Shown here piece after piece: positions 9,154-17,713 of a DNA stretch of 56,873 nucleotides. This DNA is from Candidatus Nanoarchaeia archaeon (GTDB taxonomy: Archaea; Nanobdellota; Nanobdellia; SCGC-AAA011-G17; GW2011-AR17). Location of the stretch: the NCBI GenBank assembly GCA_041659245.1, contig JBAZYQ010000003.1, forward strand, positions 1 to 56,873, given 5' to 3'. Position 1 is the stretch's first letter; each line of letters begins with the position of its first letter. The position numbers were made by a program, and so were the translations under genes. The notes below the pieces were generated by a model that was not told where the DNA came from, made no database searches, and was given only the letters and a program-made list of their open reading frames with translations.

Positions 9154-10008
9154 TTATTGGGCTTTATAGAACTCTAACTGCTTTATTTTGCCGCCTTCTA
9201 TCTCTAAAAGGACGTTCTTTTCAGGGCCAAAGCCTGCATTTACAACAACTGTCTTGCCAAGCATGCATTTGCCGAAGTGCTCGTGCATATGCCCGCCCAT
9301 GCAGATTACCGGCTGGTATTTTTCAATCATTTCTCTTGCAATCAAAGAGCCGTAGTGCCAGCCGTTTCTTGGAGATTCAGGGTTAACTATCATGTCCAAA
9401 TCTGTATTAAACGGCACATTATGGGAAAGAAAAATCAAGGGCTTTTTAGCTTTTTCAAAAAGAACAGTCAGCTTTTTTGTGTTTGATTCATATTCTTTTT
9501 CTATTTTCTTTAGCCTGTCTGGCTTTATCATTTTCTTGTCTTCATCATATTGCAGAAGTTCGGGACCAGAGCTTATTCCATAGCCTATTATCTGAGAATC
9601 ATCGATATTTTTTATCTTAAGATGGATGTTAATTATATTTTCAAGCCCTTCCACGAGCTTGCTAAAATGGTCCTGCGCATAAAATTTCCATTTTGAGTCA
9701 GGCATTGCCGTATAATCTCCATTGCCCGGAACAATGTATACTGGAACTTTCAATGAATTAAGGAATTCGAGTATCGCCTTTCCTGCTTTCAGCCCTTCAT
9801 TAATCATTTCTTTTGCTTTTTCCTTGCCTGTAATATCATACCACTCAATTTTTGAATTAGGATCTTTTTTTCTCTCATTTATTGCTTCAAACATGTAAGG
9901 CCTCATCGGCGTTGAGCAGAAATCTCCGATTGCTATGATTGCATCAAAACCTTTCAAATGGATTTTTGGCATTGTGCCGTGCATGTCGCCAAGTATTAAG
10001 TATTTCAT
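9154..10008 (-). CDS. metallophosphoesterase
   Basis: LGDMHG, AIGDF, VPGNGD, GGHMHEH. ATG 10008 lies 23 nt downstream of TTTATAAA (10031-10040). The track start at 10050 is GTG and spans that TATA box. Confidence 0.75.
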   Translation of the reverse strand: MKYLILGDMHGTMPKIHLKGFDAIIAIGDFCSTPMRPYMFEAINERKKDPNSKIEWYDITGKEKAKEMINEGLKAGKAILEFLNSLKVPVYIVPGNGDYTAMPDSKWKFYAQDHFSKLVEGLENIINIHLKIKNIDDSQIIGYGISSGPELLQYDEDKKMIKPDRLKKIEKEYESNTKKLTVLFEKAKKPLIFLSHNVPFNTDLDMIVNPESPRNGWHYGSLIAREMIEKYQPVICMGGHMHEHFGKCMLGKTVVVNAGFGPEKNVLLEIEGGKIKQLEFYKAQ

Positions 10009-10030
10009 ATAATTAATGGGAAATGCGCCT

Positions 10031-10040
10031 TTTATAAACC
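10031..10040 (-). promoter_or_regulatory. TATA box for leaderless metallophosphoesterase mRNA
   Basis: TTTATAAA 23 nt upstream of ATG 10008. This is the spacing seen at most first genes in this window. Confidence 0.45.
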
Positions 10041-10058
10041 TAATGGACACGCGGCTTT

Positions 10059-10892
10059 CTATATCCTCTTAACAGTCTTCAAATCCTCTATTCTCTTCTT
10101 CAAGGGGATTCCTGAGGCGAAGAAATGCCAGAACACTTTCTTTATCCACTCTATCCACTCTGCGTCATAAACCTCGTAGAATATGTATGTCTTCTTCTTG
10201 CCTGTCTCGTGCGGGTCCTTGATTTCTTTTAATTTTACAACCCTGTCGTCAATGACAAAAGCCCTTAAAGGCTGCTCAACATGCCTTATCTCAATCCTGT
10301 CTTTTCCTGAAAGGCTGTTTATCGCATTAATCCTCTTTGCATTGTCTATTGAGCTAATATTGATGTCTGCTATGAACTTGACAGGGATGTTTCTTTCTGC
10401 CAGCTCTGCAAATACGTCTGAGAGCTTCTTTTTTCCCTGCTGCAGATTAGCCCACGATAGATTTCCTGAGAAGATTAGGACTTGCTGCTGCGCTGATAAT
10501 AAAGAGCCAACCAAGTCCTGCTTTACATTGATTAATTCCTCTTCCTGCTCCTCAAAGAAAGCAGTTCTCTTGTCCTTGTCAACATACTGGTAGATGTCGA
10601 ATGCTGAGAAATCCTCTTTCTTTCTTCCCACTTCCAATCGCTTGAACAATAATTCCTGCGCGCCTGTTGCATTAACCTCGCCAATGCTGTTCCAGTACGC
10701 TATCTTTAAGGCGCCTCTTGTTCCTTCCCTGAAAGTCCTGAATGCAATCTGCCCTGTTTCTGCTGCAATCTTTTGCAGGTAAGCCTCTGCAGTGCGCCAG
10801 TTCTTTTTTAGTAATTGGGCTGATTCTTGTACAGTCCTTGGCTTCTCTTTTACAAAGCTCAGCAGCCTCTTTTCTGTTTTTGCATCTAGCAT
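10059..10892 (-). CDS. wHTH transcriptional regulator, TrmB-like with PLD-like C-terminal domain (left island boundary paralogue)
   Basis: N-terminal wHTH (PRTVQESAQLLKKNWRTAEAYLQKI). Clear paralogue of 27247-28074 (shared ...FR.GT+GALKIAYW..., IRH.EQPLR.F). The TrmB/PLD-like assignment is from memory of the family architecture. Confidence 0.55.
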   Translation of the reverse strand: MLDAKTEKRLLSFVKEKPRTVQESAQLLKKNWRTAEAYLQKIAAETGQIAFRTFREGTRGALKIAYWNSIGEVNATGAQELLFKRLEVGRKKEDFSAFDIYQYVDKDKRTAFFEEQEEELINVKQDLVGSLLSAQQQVLIFSGNLSWANLQQGKKKLSDVFAELAERNIPVKFIADINISSIDNAKRINAINSLSGKDRIEIRHVEQPLRAFVIDDRVVKLKEIKDPHETGKKKTYIFYEVYDAEWIEWIKKVFWHFFASGIPLKKRIEDLKTVKRI

Positions 10893-10923
10893 TAGGTTAT
10901 GGAAAAGATTACTTGCTTATATA

Positions 10924-10980
10924 TTTTTCTGCAACACTGGTGTAGGTTTTATGTAGAACTATTAGCCTTACATACAATAC
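10924..10980 (+). repeat. direct repeat R1 (left flank of M64-like gene)
   Basis: TTTTTCTGCAACACTGGTGTAGGTT (25/25 identical to 13528-13552), followed by about 32 nt of degenerate similarity. Confidence 0.8.
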
Positions 10981-11006
10981 TAGGCTTAAATATTTATTGA
11001 CAATAA

Positions 11007-11016
11007 CCTTTATATT
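11007..11016 (+). promoter_or_regulatory. TATA box for M64-like gene
   Basis: CCTTTATATT 23 nt before ATG 11039. Confidence 0.45.
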
Positions 11017-11038
11017 CTCTTATTAATCTCTTATTCTT

Positions 11039-13495
11039 ATGCGTAAACTCTTATTGTTAGTGGCTGCTGTATTGCTTGTCTGTGCTTTGCCTGCTTATGC
11101 AAACGTGATGGAAACAAGCCTTGCTGTCCGCGACAAGCTGCCTGCCGAAACGCTCGCAAGCCTCCCTGACTTTGTTTCACGGATGGAAGCAATGAACTCA
11201 AAAGTTTCTGTTGATGCTTCAAATGGATATTATGTTGTATATAATGAAAATGACTTAAAAGAGATATTCGGGGAAGATGCGCTCTTATTGCCTTCTCCGT
11301 CAGGGCTTTTGATGATTTCATACAAAAGAGGCGGAACTTACAGATATTGGGGCATGCTCCACGGCTTGGTTGTTGCTGATACTGCAAGAAAAGTGATTAC
11401 AATCACGAAAGGCGGGTTTATTTCAAACAGTGATTTGAATGTGAATATTGCAGGAGATGAAGTGCAGATAAATGTGAATGATCCTGCAAGAAGCTTATTT
11501 AAAATCTCAAGAGACGGCGTGTATTCGCAGAATGAGTATTTCTTGGGATGTGAATCCCTGCCATATAACAGAGATGAAGAAAGTTTTGAAAGATTCTGTC
11601 GCAGCTGGCTATCTTACAGTATAAATGAGAGAAGGGATTGCAATAGGGAAGAAAAAGAGCATTACATGGAATATTTAAAACAAACATATCCCTGTGTATT
11701 ATCTGGCATCATTATGCCTAATGGGGCATACCTTAATATTACAGGAGAGGCTGCCAGTCTGAGTAACATATTTCTTGAAAGATTTATAAAAGATGAGCAG
11801 TTTAGAATAGAAATTTTATATTCTCCTTCAGAGGAAGGGCAAACTCCCTTTAGTTTAACAAACATATCAGAATTAAGTGTTGAACCTGGCGAAGAATATG
11901 CTATTAAAGTGAAAGCGCAGGAAGGATTCTTCGGATCGGAATATAGGATTATAAGCAAAAGAATAAGATTTAAATCAAGCACAAGGCTAATAATTCATCC
12001 ACGTAATGAGGATATTATAGAAATAATTAGCCGTGAAGTAAAGTTAATTCCCGAACAGATAGATGTTTTGGTTAAAACATCTGAAACTGCAAGTGAATCC
12101 CAAGCAAGCATTCAAATCTTTGAAGGCGACTTTGAGATTAAGCTGATTGATATCCAAAATGGAGATGCTTTTGTGGCAAAAGATAGTGAATCATATTATA
12201 ACTGCCTTGGAGATTCTCTTGTGAGTACTTGCATATATAATGATTATTCACTAGATGGAAGTTTGCATATCGAACACAAATCAATAACAGAACCTGGAAT
12301 CCTGCCTTTTATCGCGGAGATTGAAACAGCACCTATTGAATATAGGGCGTCTATTAAAAAAGTAGAAATTGGAACATTTGAATCAAAAGATAGTTTAAGC
12401 AAGATAAAGCTGGTAAAGGAAGGCATAGAGACGGTAATTACATTTTCAGGGGAAAACATAACTATAGAACCCTTGGGCAGAAGTTGGACAGATTTAGGCG
12501 TAAGTTTCACAGCGAAATACTTTATTCCAAGTGAGATTGGAATAAGCGCACTTGGTGTTTATGATTTAATAGAATGCAAATTACCTGAGAGAAAATGTTA
12601 CCTTAATGGAGTTGAAGTAATGGGTCCTGCCGGGCTAATGGCTCAATTTACCCAGAGGTGCAATAGCGATTCGAATTGTAATAGCAACCAAAAATGTACC
12701 GAACATCTATGTGTGGCAAGGGCTAATTGCGAGCAGGTTTATGAAAATATAGCTTCCGGCAATATAGACGTCCTGTTGGTATCTGACAGTTATTCAAGAA
12801 AAGAAGATTTTGTAAATGATATTGAAAAAGCAATAGACCCTAATGGGTTATATGGAGGCATATTTTCTGTAGAGCCGTTTAAGGGCAATATAAACAAATT
12901 TAAATTCCATACAGTTTATGGCGGATTCGCTCCTTCAAATGTATTAGGGGGCGAACCTTGGAATACATATATTCGTTCATTTGTAAAGCAGTGCCCAACA
13001 GCAGAATATGGTATTGTTTTGTCCCAAAAAGAATTCAGAGCAACGACCTCACAAATTCGTGAGAACATAAGGTCAATTGCATGGGCAGAAATAGGACAAG
13101 TATGGATTTCTACGCAGAGCGATGATATATTCTCAGAGACATCATTACATGAATGGGGGCATGCATTTGGAGGATTATATGACGAATATTTTGAAGATAT
13201 TCAACGCACTATACCTGAAGGCTTTGAGGGAAAACCCAACTGCCTTCCGAAAGATAGAGCAATAAACGCATGGGAACAATTCCCTGATATAAAAAGAGAT
13301 GCCGAGCAGGAAAAATGGGAAGGGTGCGGTGGGTGGACATGCGGAAATAATTGTAAAAATTGGTTAAGGCCTAGTGAGAATTCCGTTATGAATCATGAAA
13401 ATGAATGGCTTGCCAAGCGCAGCGAGCCTGGCTGGAAAGCATTCAACGAGCCGAGCGAGGCGCAGCTGATTGAAAGGCTTAATGCATATTCCTAG
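11039..13495 (+). CDS. secreted multidomain protein with C-terminal M64 (IgA-peptidase-like) zinc metallopeptidase domain
   Basis: Signal peptide MRKLLLLVAAVLLVCALPAYA. HEWGHAFGGLYDEY matches the M64 HExxH...GL.DEY signature. It is preceded by a Cys-rich knot (CNSDSNCNSNQKCTEHLC). Confidence 0.6.
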   Translation: MRKLLLLVAAVLLVCALPAYANVMETSLAVRDKLPAETLASLPDFVSRMEAMNSKVSVDASNGYYVVYNENDLKEIFGEDALLLPSPSGLLMISYKRGGTYRYWGMLHGLVVADTARKVITITKGGFISNSDLNVNIAGDEVQINVNDPARSLFKISRDGVYSQNEYFLGCESLPYNRDEESFERFCRSWLSYSINERRDCNREEKEHYMEYLKQTYPCVLSGIIMPNGAYLNITGEAASLSNIFLERFIKDEQFRIEILYSPSEEGQTPFSLTNISELSVEPGEEYAIKVKAQEGFFGSEYRIISKRIRFKSSTRLIIHPRNEDIIEIISREVKLIPEQIDVLVKTSETASESQASIQIFEGDFEIKLIDIQNGDAFVAKDSESYYNCLGDSLVSTCIYNDYSLDGSLHIEHKSITEPGILPFIAEIETAPIEYRASIKKVEIGTFESKDSLSKIKLVKEGIETVITFSGENITIEPLGRSWTDLGVSFTAKYFIPSEIGISALGVYDLIECKLPERKCYLNGVEVMGPAGLMAQFTQRCNSDSNCNSNQKCTEHLCVARANCEQVYENIASGNIDVLLVSDSYSRKEDFVNDIEKAIDPNGLYGGIFSVEPFKGNINKFKFHTVYGGFAPSNVLGGEPWNTYIRSFVKQCPTAEYGIVLSQKEFRATTSQIRENIRSIAWAEIGQVWISTQSDDIFSETSLHEWGHAFGGLYDEYFEDIQRTIPEGFEGKPNCLPKDRAINAWEQFPDIKRDAEQEKWEGCGGWTCGNNCKNWLRPSENSVMNHENEWLAKRSEPGWKAFNEPSEAQLIERLNAYS

Positions 13496-13511
13496 CATTT
13501 ATTCAAATCAT

Positions 13512-13532
13512 CCCGGAGGGCGGCTTTTTTTT
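13512..13532 (+). terminator. hairpin plus T8 tract
   Basis: CCCGGAGGGCGG followed by TTTTTTTT, 17 nt after the stop. A variant of the GGCYGGCTTT motif. Confidence 0.35.
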
Positions 13533-13586
13533 CTGCAACACTGGTGTAGGTTATTTGTAGCAAAGCATTAACATTACTACAATGCA
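13528..13586 (+). repeat. direct repeat R2 (right flank of M64-like gene)
   Basis: The 25-nt core is identical to 10924-10948, followed by degenerate similarity (TGTAG..A..ATTA.C.TTAC.ACAAT.C). Confidence 0.8.
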
Positions 13587-13636
13587 TTGATAGATATAAG
13601 ACTTTGAATAAGGCTGAAAAAGAAGAGGTGATTGAA

Positions 13637-14023
13637 ATGACTCTTGCAAAAAAAATAGAAACTATTGAAGGGTTTAAAGAATTGAGCCTGACAACAAGAG
13701 ACGCGGCTTTAAAGGAGATAATAGAGCGCTATAAGTCAGAAACAATACGGGAGAAAGAGGTTATGGTAAAGATAGAGCCTTGTGTTGACGGCGCTGTTCC
13801 TGAAAGAAAATACAATCCTGCGATTAAAGACGTAATTTCCGGGAATACAACGTTCATGGCAGAATACAATAAGCTTGGCCCGCTTGAATTCATTTTACAG
13901 GGCAATGGTGGCGTAGCAGACTGCACATTTGATATGGGGCAGCAGATAGTGCTTGTTGACAGGACAATCCAACGGCTGTATGCAAAGCCGCTTCCGCCAA
14001 TATCTGCAGCAGACGATTATTAG
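13637..14023 (+). CDS. hypothetical protein, family A (copy 1 of 3)
   Basis: GAGGTG lies 7 nt before ATG 13637; the track start at 13604 is TTG. Paralogous to 15111-15527 and 17714-18043 (shared ..+DA.LKEII.SY+...., SG.TTF.E....L, .D.TI.+LY). Confidence 0.55.
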   Translation: MTLAKKIETIEGFKELSLTTRDAALKEIIERYKSETIREKEVMVKIEPCVDGAVPERKYNPAIKDVISGNTTFMAEYNKLGPLEFILQGNGGVADCTFDMGQQIVLVDRTIQRLYAKPLPPISAADDY

Positions 14024-14042
14024 GTTTCGGGGGTGAATAAAT

Positions 14043-14462
14043 ATGGTAATGCGATTGGATGAACTGAAAAAACAAGGGCAAGAGCAAAAAAAAGAAAGAA
14101 TCTCAGGGCTTGAGAAAGAGCTTGAAGATGACATTGACAGGGTGCTTGTTGAGAACCAGGACAGGCTGAAATACAATGATAATAATGGGAAAACGCATTA
14201 TGGCTGCATTCATTATTATCTCTCAAGGTTTTGCATAACAGACAGCAATTATGAACTTTACCCTGAGAAAAGAGGGGAAAAAATAATTCCGGCTGGTATT
14301 TTTCTTGCAGATAAAGAACGGGAAGGCATCATAAAAAACGTGGGCAAAAAATATGAAACTGCCGGCTGGCTGTGCTATGCTAATGTCAAGTCTCTTTCAT
14401 TTGCGCTGCCTGAATACAAAGACCATCACGACCCTTTTGATTGCTATTATAATTCGGATTGA
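14043..14462 (+). CDS. hypothetical protein, family C (single AGW unit)
   Basis: The charged N-terminus (MRLDELKKQGQEQKKERISGLEKELEDDIDRVL) and KYETAGWLCY match the 23308-23940 and 26111-26713 proteins. Confidence 0.55.
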   Translation: MVMRLDELKKQGQEQKKERISGLEKELEDDIDRVLVENQDRLKYNDNNGKTHYGCIHYYLSRFCITDSNYELYPEKRGEKIIPAGIFLADKEREGIIKNVGKKYETAGWLCYANVKSLSFALPEYKDHHDPFDCYYNSD

Positions 14463-14473
14463 GGTGAATGAAA

Positions 14474-14794
14474 ATGACAGATCTATACAAACTGCAAATA
14501 ACTGTAAGCGGAGACACGTGGGGCGTGCCTTCCAGCGGGCTGAATTTCTGGAATTACACTAAGGACGGGAAGAAAATAACCTTGCCTTACACTTTCAGCT
14601 GCATTGCAAAAGCTAATTCAAAAGAGGAGGCTGAAAAGAAGTGCATGAATGACAGGACGCTGAGAATGGTGTACAAGACGCATTATTTCCAGTATTTTGT
14701 TACAGGCATCGCAGAAGCAGAAGAAGGAAAAGACCTGCCGCTTGAAAAGCGGGTTGAAATGCTGAAAAAGAAGTTTATGGTGCTGGAGGAATAA
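14474..14794 (+). CDS. hypothetical protein, family B (copy 1)
   Basis: GAGGTG lies 8 nt upstream. The MTDLYKL N-terminus resembles MENLYRA, MTNLYEL and MTNRYNI in the other copies. The C-terminus EEGKDLPLEKRVEMLKKKFMVLEE is shared with the next gene. Confidence 0.55.
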   Translation: MTDLYKLQITVSGDTWGVPSSGLNFWNYTKDGKKITLPYTFSCIAKANSKEEAEKKCMNDRTLRMVYKTHYFQYFVTGIAEAEEGKDLPLEKRVEMLKKKFMVLEE

Positions 14795-14796
14795 AA

Positions 14797-15114
14797 ATGG
14801 AAAATCTATACCGGGCGCATATAGCTGTAAGAGGAGACGCGGATCATCGTAACTTAGAAACTTACCTGAATTATCCGGACATAAACGGAATGCACAGGAC
14901 ATTTCGCTATGACTTTTACTGCATTGTAAAGGCAGGATCTGAAAAAGAGGCTAAAAAGAAATGCAGGGATAACAGGAAATTGCAATTCTATTACAAGACT
15001 TGCTTTTATTCATATAAAGTTGCAGATGTAACAGAGCTTGAAGAAGGAAAAGACCTGCCGCTTGAACAACGGGTTGAAATGCTAAAAAAGAAGTTTATGG
15101 TGCTGGAGGAATGA
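14797..15114 (+). CDS. hypothetical protein, family B (copy 2)
   Basis: The last 75 nt are 71/75 identical to the last 75 nt of the upstream gene. The rest of the gene is divergent. Confidence 0.55.
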   Translation: MENLYRAHIAVRGDADHRNLETYLNYPDINGMHRTFRYDFYCIVKAGSEKEAKKKCRDNRKLQFYYKTCFYSYKVADVTELEEGKDLPLEQRVEMLKKKFMVLEE

Positions 15115-15527
15115 AAATGAAAAAAAAGTTAGGATATACGGACTTTAGCGAAGATCATATTAGCGAGCTTTATCAAGAATTACAGGCAGTAGCGGGTTTC
15201 AAGAAGATAGGAGATAAAACAAAAGATGCAATGCTTAAAGAAATTATTGATTCTTATAGGGAATGTGAACGAATCGGAAACAAGTGCAAAGGCATTAACC
15301 TCTGTAAGCATTATCCTTTGCTTTGCCATAAATTTCCTTTGCTTGAAGAAGTGGTAAGCGGCAGGACAACATTTAGCGAGCAGCTTAAATCTCTTCCGGG
15401 CACATTCTATATGGAAAAGGATAGAAGGCTGGAATCTGCTGTTTACAGCTATAATTATGCAATAGGGAAAATTGTGATATTTTTGGACAGCACTATTGAA
15501 AAATTGTATAGAGAGGTAACAAAATGA
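15111..15527 (+). CDS. hypothetical protein, family A (copy 2)
   Basis: ATGA overlap with the upstream gene. Contains KTKDAMLKEIIDSYRE, VSGRTTFSEQLKSL, LDSTIEKLY. Confidence 0.55.
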   Translation: MKMKKKLGYTDFSEDHISELYQELQAVAGFKKIGDKTKDAMLKEIIDSYRECERIGNKCKGINLCKHYPLLCHKFPLLEEVVSGRTTFSEQLKSLPGTFYMEKDRRLESAVYSYNYAIGKIVIFLDSTIEKLYREVTK

Positions 15528-15829
15528 CGAATCTATACGAACTATCAGCATCAAGGTGGGTTGAATACGGACCTGCTGAAGGCATGGCTGGTCCGGAATA
15601 CTCAGGCGATTATTACGTGCTTGGAGATACAAGAGAAGAAGCGCAAAAGGTTCTTGAAAGCTATCTTGGCACAGGATGGGAAGCAAAAAAAGATGCAAGG
15701 GAATTGAAAGAGCTGAATAACCTGCCTCTTGAGCAAAGACTTGTGCTGCTTGCTGAATTAAGGCGCGAAATAATCGGAAAAGACGGGAAGAAAGTCAGGT
15801 TTGAAACAAAATTAGTTCCAAAATTATGA
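15524..15829 (+). CDS. hypothetical protein, family B (copy 3, divergent)
   Basis: ATGA overlap. Contains MTNLYEL..., LNNLPLEQRLVLLAELRREI. Confidence 0.5.
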   Translation: MTNLYELSASRWVEYGPAEGMAGPEYSGDYYVLGDTREEAQKVLESYLGTGWEAKKDARELKELNNLPLEQRLVLLAELRREIIGKDGKKVRFETKLVPKL

Positions 15830-15840
15830 GGTGAAATAAA

Positions 15841-16200
15841 ATGGAAAATAATATTACGAAGGATAAACTTGAAATGAAGATTGGATTTACAGACGAGGAG
15901 CTTAATATTGCAAAAACACTAAAGGGGGCTTCGGCTGGGGCTTTAAGCAGCAACTTTCGCACCGGCTGCCCCTTTCTTTGCACTTACATCCATATTGTTA
16001 GAAGGGCAGAGAACATACTTGGGCTGTCTTATGATAAGGCGCAGGATTTTGTAATGGATATGGTGAAAAGGGGTTACGCATCTCTCCGAGATCCGGGGAA
16101 AGGTCAAGATAATTATCCTGGCTCTCTAACACTGGAGTTCACGCCGATGTCTTTTAATCTGATAGAAAGATATAATGCAAAAGAGGAGGTAACAAAATGA
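15841..16200 (+). CDS. hypothetical protein
   Basis: Same-strand ORF packed 11 nt after the upstream stop. No domain recognised. Confidence 0.5.
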   Translation: MENNITKDKLEMKIGFTDEELNIAKTLKGASAGALSSNFRTGCPFLCTYIHIVRRAENILGLSYDKAQDFVMDMVKRGYASLRDPGKGQDNYPGSLTLEFTPMSFNLIERYNAKEEVTK

Positions 16201-16502
16201 CAAACAGATACAATATCCTGATGAGAGACGACTTCCCGAATACGAAAGCCATGGTTTACAGGCTTGAGCTTGGCAAGCATAATATTTGCACTGAAGCAAC
16301 ATTCTGCTCTCCTGAGATAAAAGAGCTTTACAACTATATTGCATATGCAATGTCTGTAGATTATTTTGATGACGCAGAGATTGTCTCGGATGCTACATAC
16401 GCTCCAAGGTGCAGGGAAATGACAAAAGAGGAAAGAAAAGGGCTTGAGCATTTTTTGGCTTATGAGTCAGAATGGAATGACTGGAGATGGGGAAAGCAAT
16501 AG
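16197..16502 (+). CDS. hypothetical protein, possible family B (copy 4)
   Basis: ATGA overlap. The MTNRYNIL N-terminus is like the B copies; the rest is divergent. Confidence 0.45.
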   Translation: MTNRYNILMRDDFPNTKAMVYRLELGKHNICTEATFCSPEIKELYNYIAYAMSVDYFDDAEIVSDATYAPRCREMTKEERKGLEHFLAYESEWNDWRWGKQ

Positions 16503-16513
16503 CTGGAGGAAAA

Positions 16514-17146
16514 ATGGAATTTGACAACATAGAAAAGCTCATTGCAGAGCTGATGGCAAAGGAAGACAGGAAAGACGTGGAGTTCAGGCATATAATAGCT
16601 GTGACAGAGGTTGGGGACATAGGAAAATACATCACGCATGATCCCAAGTTGAATCCTAATGCACGCCCGCACGGAACAAAGGATGATGAAGTGCTTGCTT
16701 ATGGCCAGGCGTTTGTGCAATTGGCGGCTTTGGCTTACTTAAGGGGCATATCATTCAAGGAAGCGTTTGACAAAGGCATGCAGAACTGGATTGATGCTGA
16801 CTGGAAAAAGGCTGCCAAGCAAGCTCCGGAAAAGAAGACGTTGAATGGACTTGCAGCATCCCCTGGCTATGCATCAGGAATCGCGGAAGTTGTAACCGGC
16901 TTAAGCGATGTAAAAAAGTCAGGCTCAATACTTGTTGTCAGGTATGCAACGCCTGAGTTTGCAGCTGTTTTAAAAGATTATTCAGGCTGTGTTTCAGACC
17001 ACGGTGGGAAAACGTGCCATCTTGCGAATATTGCAAGAGAGATGAATCTGCCTTGTGTTGTGGGGACAGGAAACGCGACAGAGCTGATTAAGACAGGGCA
17101 GGTAATCTCTTTGGATGGAGACAAGGGCGAAGTGTATTTGGAGTGA
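16514..17146 (+). CDS. MazG-like all-alpha NTP pyrophosphohydrolase domain fused to PEP-utilising-enzyme mobile (phosphohistidine swivel) domain
   Basis: GGAGG lies 5 nt before ATG 16514. The N-terminal half (AVTEVGDIGKYI ... DEVLAYGQAFVQLAALAYLRGISFKEAF) is MazG-like. The C-terminal half (GLAASPGYASGIAEVV ... DHGGKTCHLANIAREMNLPCVVG) matches the swivel-domain consensus GG.tSHaAIvARE.giP.VvG, including the His. Confidence 0.6.
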   Translation: MEFDNIEKLIAELMAKEDRKDVEFRHIIAVTEVGDIGKYITHDPKLNPNARPHGTKDDEVLAYGQAFVQLAALAYLRGISFKEAFDKGMQNWIDADWKKAAKQAPEKKTLNGLAASPGYASGIAEVVTGLSDVKKSGSILVVRYATPEFAAVLKDYSGCVSDHGGKTCHLANIAREMNLPCVVGTGNATELIKTGQVISLDGDKGEVYLE

Positions 17147-17151
17147 TAAAA

Positions 17152-17370
17152 ATGGAAAAAGAAAAAAACAAGAAAGATTTGGAAAAAAGAATAGCATACA
17201 GGGAGCATATTGTCACGGATATGGGAAATGGGGGCGCTTTTTGCAGCCACTGCCAGTATGATTTGGGCTCAGACCCTTTTGAGATAATCAAGATTAAGAA
17301 ATGCCCTGGCTGCGGCTATACCCTTTATGAAGGAGGCATGTACATAAACGGAGGTGGTTCTGATTTCTGA
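17152..17370 (+). CDS. zinc-ribbon protein
   Basis: CSHCQY ... CPGCGY form a four-Cys ribbon. ATG 17152 lies just after the upstream TGA. Confidence 0.5.
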   Translation: MEKEKNKKDLEKRIAYREHIVTDMGNGGAFCSHCQYDLGSDPFEIIKIKKCPGCGYTLYEGGMYINGGGSDF

Positions 17371-17680
17371 AATAAAAAAAGAATGGGAAAAAGAAGACGG
17401 GAGCATTGACTTGGGCAATCCAATGGTTATTGCTTTTAGAAAGGCCAATCTTGAAACTTTGGCAAAAGAGCAGAAATCAAATCTTCACTGCCCTTTCTGC
17501 GAAATTCACCTGCCATATACTATGGGAACTCTTGGAGGGCAGGCGCCCACTGGAAAGAAGGATGCATATGGGCAGCAGATATTCAGGAACGCATTGTATT
17601 GCCCATTGTGCGAGAGGTATTTTGACAAGGAGCCGGAGCAGCTAAGCCTTTTCACGGAGAAAAACTTATATACACAATAG
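17354..17680 (+). CDS. zinc-finger protein
   Basis: CPFCEIH ... CPLCERY. GTG start preceded by GGAGG, overlapping the upstream gene by 17 nt. Confidence 0.45.
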   Translation: MVLISEIKKEWEKEDGSIDLGNPMVIAFRKANLETLAKEQKSNLHCPFCEIHLPYTMGTLGGQAPTGKKDAYGQQIFRNALYCPLCERYFDKEPEQLSLFTEKNLYTQ

Positions 17681-17713
17681 CTTTTATTCAAAGAAAGCAC
17701 TTGGAGGTGCAAA

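Noticed and set aside
9147-9386. 79-aa plus-strand ORF and neighbouring 9277-9583 ORFs
   Set aside because: They are antisense to the metallophosphoesterase gene with its clear GGHMHEH and GNGD motifs. Their translations are Cys/Arg/Leu-rich and lack motifs.
15180-15698. 172-aa minus-strand ORF inside the small-gene array
   Set aside because: It overlaps two plus-strand genes that have paralogues, SD sites and ATGA coupling. There is no motif or upstream signal for the antisense ORF.
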